This document shows, in pieces, positions 7,602 to 10,809 of a stretch of 10,809 nt of DNA; position 1 is the stretch's first letter; each line of letters opens with the position of its first letter. The notes beneath the pieces are model-generated. The model saw only the letters and a list, made by a program, of their open reading frames with translations, did not search any database and was not told where the DNA came from. A program made the position numbers and the translations under genes. The stretch comes from Octopus sinensis (taxonomy: Eukaryota): the NCBI RefSeq assembly GCF_006345805.1, contig NW_021827328.1, positions 1 through 10,809 on the forward strand, in the 5' to 3' direction.

Positions 7602-7707
7602 CGAGGGGTGTCTTAAAAGTCTTGGGCCTCAAAAAAATAATAAATACATGCTACAAGACTTCAAGGCTCAAAGGTTTTGAAGCCTCAAAAATTCCATACA
7701 CCCCTCG
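7602..7707. mobile_element. 106-bp Tc1/mariner-type MITE
   Basis: Perfect 10-bp TIRs CGAGGGGTGT (7602-7611) / ACACCCCTCG (7698-7707), imperfect similarity to about 29 bp, TA on both sides (7600-7601, 7708-7709). Confidence 0.8.
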
Positions 7708-7784
7708 TATATATATATATAATATATATATATATATATGGCATTAATAAATCTCTGAACGAGATATAACAGTAACCGCTCGAC

Positions 7785-7842
7785 AACGTAAGGTGCCACC
7801 CCCAGTGGCTAGCCACATTCAGATGGCTGAGTATACCTTACG

Positions 7843-7844
<2 letters not shown>
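7785..7844. repeat. 60-bp inverted-repeat mini-element
   Basis: AACGTAAGGT (7785-7794) / ACCTTACGTT (7835-7844) perfect inverted repeat, with internal 12-bp palindrome GTGGCTAGCCAC (7805-7816). Confidence 0.55.
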
Positions 7845-7880
<36 letters not shown>

Positions 7881-8019
7881 TATATATAATATATATATAT
7901 GTATGTTTATGTATATATGTATATATACATATTATATGTATGTTATGTATGTATGTATGTATTATGTATGTATGTTGTATGTATGTATGTATGTATGTAT
8001 ATATATATATATATATATA
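7845..8019. repeat. Compound (TA)n/(TATG)n microsatellite
   Basis: Directly visible. Confidence 0.95.
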
Positions 8020-8093
8020 CAGTTAATCCAGACATGAAAACACAATGAGAAAACACAACAACGCGAGAACGTGGAAGAAGTATAGTGTTATTG

Positions 8094-8154
8094 GACGCTC
8101 AGAAAAGGAAAGAAAGAAGGAGGATTTAACGCTTCGAGCGAAGCTCTGCGTCAG
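8094..8154 (-). ncRNA. Degenerate hammerhead-ribozyme-like motif
   Basis: Minus strand CTGACG-CA-GAGC-ttc-GCTC-GAAG-CGTT...GAGC-GTC. Stem II is perfect, stem III is possible, the core deviates from CUGANGA/GAAA and stem I is poor. Confidence 0.35.
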
Positions 8155-8249
8155 AAACATAGAAAAGAGAAAGGTCCAAGGAAGGGAACACTTATACAAA
8201 AACAAGAGTATATTGATGCATAATTCAAACACACATACGGAAAAAGATT

Positions 8250-8289
8250 GACTGTGGCTTCGATGTTTCGGCTTGTTCGCCGTCATCAG
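8250..8289 (-). ncRNA. Hammerhead-ribozyme-like core (possible Penelope-like element terminus remnant)
   Basis: Minus strand CTGATGA-C-GGC-gaacaa-GCC-GAAAC...GTC. Both catalytic boxes and stem II are present; stem III is only 2 bp and stem I is not evident. Confidence 0.5.
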
Positions 8290-8397
8290 ATTGTGAACAT
8301 AAATAAATGAATATGTACTCTGCTGAAAGTAATGAGTAACCCTTCAATTTAAGTTAAATTGTTTTTATATATTTGACATAAAAGAAACACTAATATC

Positions 8398-8500
8398 TAT
8401 ACACACACACACACAAACACACAAACACACACACACACAGAGTAAGTGAGAGAAAGAGAGCGACATATACACACGCATGCATGTATGTGTGTGTGCATGC
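8398..8500. repeat. (CA)n/(GA)n/(TG)n low-complexity tract
   Basis: Directly visible. Confidence 0.85.
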
Positions 8501-9055
8501 TTGTAAATATTACTCAGCACTTAATTCTTATTTTGTATCAGTAAGCCTTGTTATTACAAACACACAGGAATATGTGTGCATGTATATATAGATAGAGGGG
8601 GAAGATGGGAGAGAGAGATTTGTGAGAGAGAGGAAGAATTTGGGGTGGCTGCTATATTTCATGTTAACATTGACCATTAAATTATCAGGCTGAACACACG
8701 TAAGGAAACAAGGTAAAAATAAAAAAGAAAGAAATGTAAAGAATAATGAAGGCACTTGCGTGCTATCTAGAATTCAAGGACACTGGTCAGATTCCATTAA
8801 AGAGCGTGGGATATAATTTTGTTCCATCTGCATAACAAGATTAGTTGTCGCTCATTTATCATGTCACACAGTTGGTTGTCGCCTAGTTAGCTTGTTTAAC
8901 AAGTGGGTTTTGTTTTTATCCCGAGTTATATAAACAAAGTTTTATAATTCATTTTCTTCTCCCAATGTTTCAGAGAAAAAAATTATTTAGATAAAGAACC
9001 GCCGTAGCGCAGTGGTAACAGCAGAATTTTAAAAACTAGAACAAGTAAAATATTA

Positions 9056-9252
9056 GATTCAAATTCTGGCACAAAGCCAGCAATTTCGGGGTGGGGTATA
9101 TCGAGTACATTGACCCTAGTGCTCAAATGGTATTTATTTTATCGACTCCAAAAGGATGGAAGGCAAAGTCGACCACGGCGGAATTTGAACTCAGATCAAA
9201 AATAAAGACGAGAAATTCTGCTAAGCATTCTGTCAAGCGTGCCAAATATTCT
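9056..9252 (-). mobile_element. Older, diverged family 1 SINE copy
   Basis: ATCGACTCCAAAAGGATGGAAGGCAAAGTCGACCACGGCGGAATTTGAACTCAGA...GCTAAGCATT is homologous to 6224-6437 with more substitutions. Confidence 0.85.
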
Positions 9253-9278
9253 TCTCTATTCTAAGCAGAGAGCCCGAA

Positions 9279-9654
9279 ATTTGACTGCGACTATGCTAGA
9301 GCACTGCCTTTAGTCGAACAAATCGACCGCAGTACTTATTCTATCGGTTCCTTTTGCCGAACCGCTAAGTTACGAGGACGTAAACACGTCAACATTGGTT
9401 GTCAAGCGATTGTGGAGGGACAAACACAGACACACATACACACACACACATACAAAAATACACACAAAGACACACAGACACACATATATATATATACGCA
9501 GGGCTTCTTTCAGTTTCCATCTACCAAATCTCCTCACAAGGCTTCGGTTGGCCCGAAGCTATAGTAGAAGGCACTTGCCCAAGGTGCCACACTGTGGGAC
9601 TGAACCCGGAACCATGTGGTTGGTAAGCCAGCTACTTACCACACAGCCACTCCT
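9279..9654 (-). mobile_element. tRNA-derived SINE (family 2, CORE-like) with internal (TA)/(TG) microsatellite
   Basis: Minus strand A box TGGCTGTGTGG, B box GGTTCAGTCCC, then CACCTTGGGCAAGTG (CORE/MIR-like), internal microsatellite at about 9421-9497 and a 3' tail region. Confidence 0.85.
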
Positions 9655-9981
9655 GATATATTAATAATACAACAGATTGTCCCTCAAATCACATCCCTAG
9701 GAAACGAAAGACAAGATGTAAGACTTATTTTGCGCACGCTGTGGTTCATAACTTTCTAATATTACCCTATCCAATATGTGTCCCCGTGTAGATATCAGCA
9801 TGAATTATTGCACGTTGTGTCAAATTTTTATGAAAATTATTAAAGATTTAAATAACAAATTATACTGGAACTTATTTTCTCGCTGATTATATTATGTGTA
9901 AATTATTGCTTAATCCCGAAAAATATCTTTTGAAAATGTACTTTGCAAAAAATCACGATTCCCCTAAACACCCAGTGATCC

Positions 9982-10002
9982 TCACCACCACCACCACCAC
10001 CA
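9982..10002. repeat. (CAC)n microsatellite
   Basis: Directly visible. Confidence 0.85.
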
Positions 10003-10290
10003 CTGTGACCTCTTGATATTTGACATTTGCAGTTGTTTTGTGAGCTCTGAACGTCTCCAAGTGAACGCTATCGCCCAAATTGGGAATTATTCTAATAGTA
10101 CATCTTAGCGTATAATTCAGCATAAACATTAAGATCTCCACAGAGATTAAAAAAAGCTAAGCCTTCAGTCTTTCATGATATCATGATCTCTCTTGGTATA
10201 CTCATATATATTACACAGCTAAACCTATACCTTAGAGGCTGGGCTTCCAACAGGACCAGAATTTGCTTTAGGATGGTGCTGTTATAAATA

Positions 10291-10594
10291 TTGTTTGTTC
10301 CTTCTCGAGCCATGCCTCGCTAATAAGGGCCGGTCTCCCGGTTTCCTTGGCATATAGGTTACCCACCTCGACGGGACGCCGGTCCGTCGCAGGTGAGCTC
10401 CAAGATGCAGGAGGAAAGGGTGAGAGAAAGTTGTGGCGAAAGAATCAGCAGAAGTTCGCCATTACCTTCTGCCGGAGCCGCGTGGAGCTTACGTGTTTTC
10501 GCTCATAAACACACGCATCGCCCGGTCTGAGATTCGAACCCGCGTTCCCTTGACCGCGAGTCTGCTGCTCTAACCACTAGGCCATGCGCCTCCA
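10291..10594 (-). mobile_element. tRNA-derived SINE (family 3), apparently full length
   Basis: Minus strand GGAGGCGCATGGCCTAGTGGTTAGAGC (A box), GGGTTCGAATCTC (B box), non-tRNA body containing CTGCGACGGACCGGCGTCCCGTC...GGAAACCGGG and an AACAAACAA tail. Confidence 0.85.
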
Positions 10595-10809
10595 CTGTTA
10601 TTAAACTAATATCCTAGATTACTTCTTGCAACGGAAACGCTATGTTAGCTAATCGACTCACCAAAATACTAGAACTGCTGGACACAGGCGTGCTGTATTT
10701 TTTCTCTGCTTCTTTTAGTTGAACTACAACACCTTTGCGAGTTCTTGTATGGTGGCTCAGCTTGCTAGAAATAACAGACAGCACTTTCTAAAATCCCTCG
10801 GACTGAGCG

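Noticed and set aside
8620-8705. Possible plus-strand exon ending at CAC|GTAAGG
   Set aside because: No convincing acceptor or open frame; a donor-like hexamer alone is expected by chance.
9001-9067. Plus-strand tRNA-like gene (GCCGTAGCGCAGTGGTAA ... GATTCAAATTC)
   Set aside because: No cloverleaf; the B-box-like part overlaps the tail of the minus-strand SINE. At most a decayed SINE head.
9953-10141. 62-aa minus-strand ORF as a host exon
   Set aside because: No recognisable homology, partly (GTG)n-derived and weak splice context; cannot be supported without RNA data.
10520-10594. Functional tRNA gene
   Set aside because: A and B boxes are present, but acceptor and anticodon stems are imperfect and it continues into about 230 bp of SINE body.

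Overview
Eukaryotic, repeat-dense DNA with no recognisable host gene. The SINE and microsatellite types look like octopus/cephalopod (from recall, not searched). Bases 299-4524 are a structurally complete but non-autonomous Ty3/Gypsy LTR retrotransposon on the minus strand, inserted in a (TA)n tract. It has two ~1.17 kb LTRs about 97-98% identical by manual comparison (TGTTACGG...CCGTAACA ends), a tRNA-Leu(CAA)-type PBS and a PPT. The internal region is only 1.9 kb: a heavily decayed pol remnant with the RT catalytic core deleted in frame, no RNase H or integrase, and internal tandem duplications. The rest of the window holds a mariner transposase fragment fused in frame to the 3' end of an R4/Dong-like LINE ending in (TAA)n, six tRNA-derived SINE copies or parts (all minus strand), a 106-bp mariner-type MITE, a 60-bp inverted-repeat mini-element, two degenerate hammerhead-ribozyme-like cores, a possible Helitron 3' end and many microsatellites. 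I found no prokaryotic-type system or CRISPR. The most unusual items are the young-LTR/old-interior Gypsy derivative with frame-preserving rearrangements, the hammerhead-like cores and the mariner/Dong chimera. All alignments and counts were done by eye.
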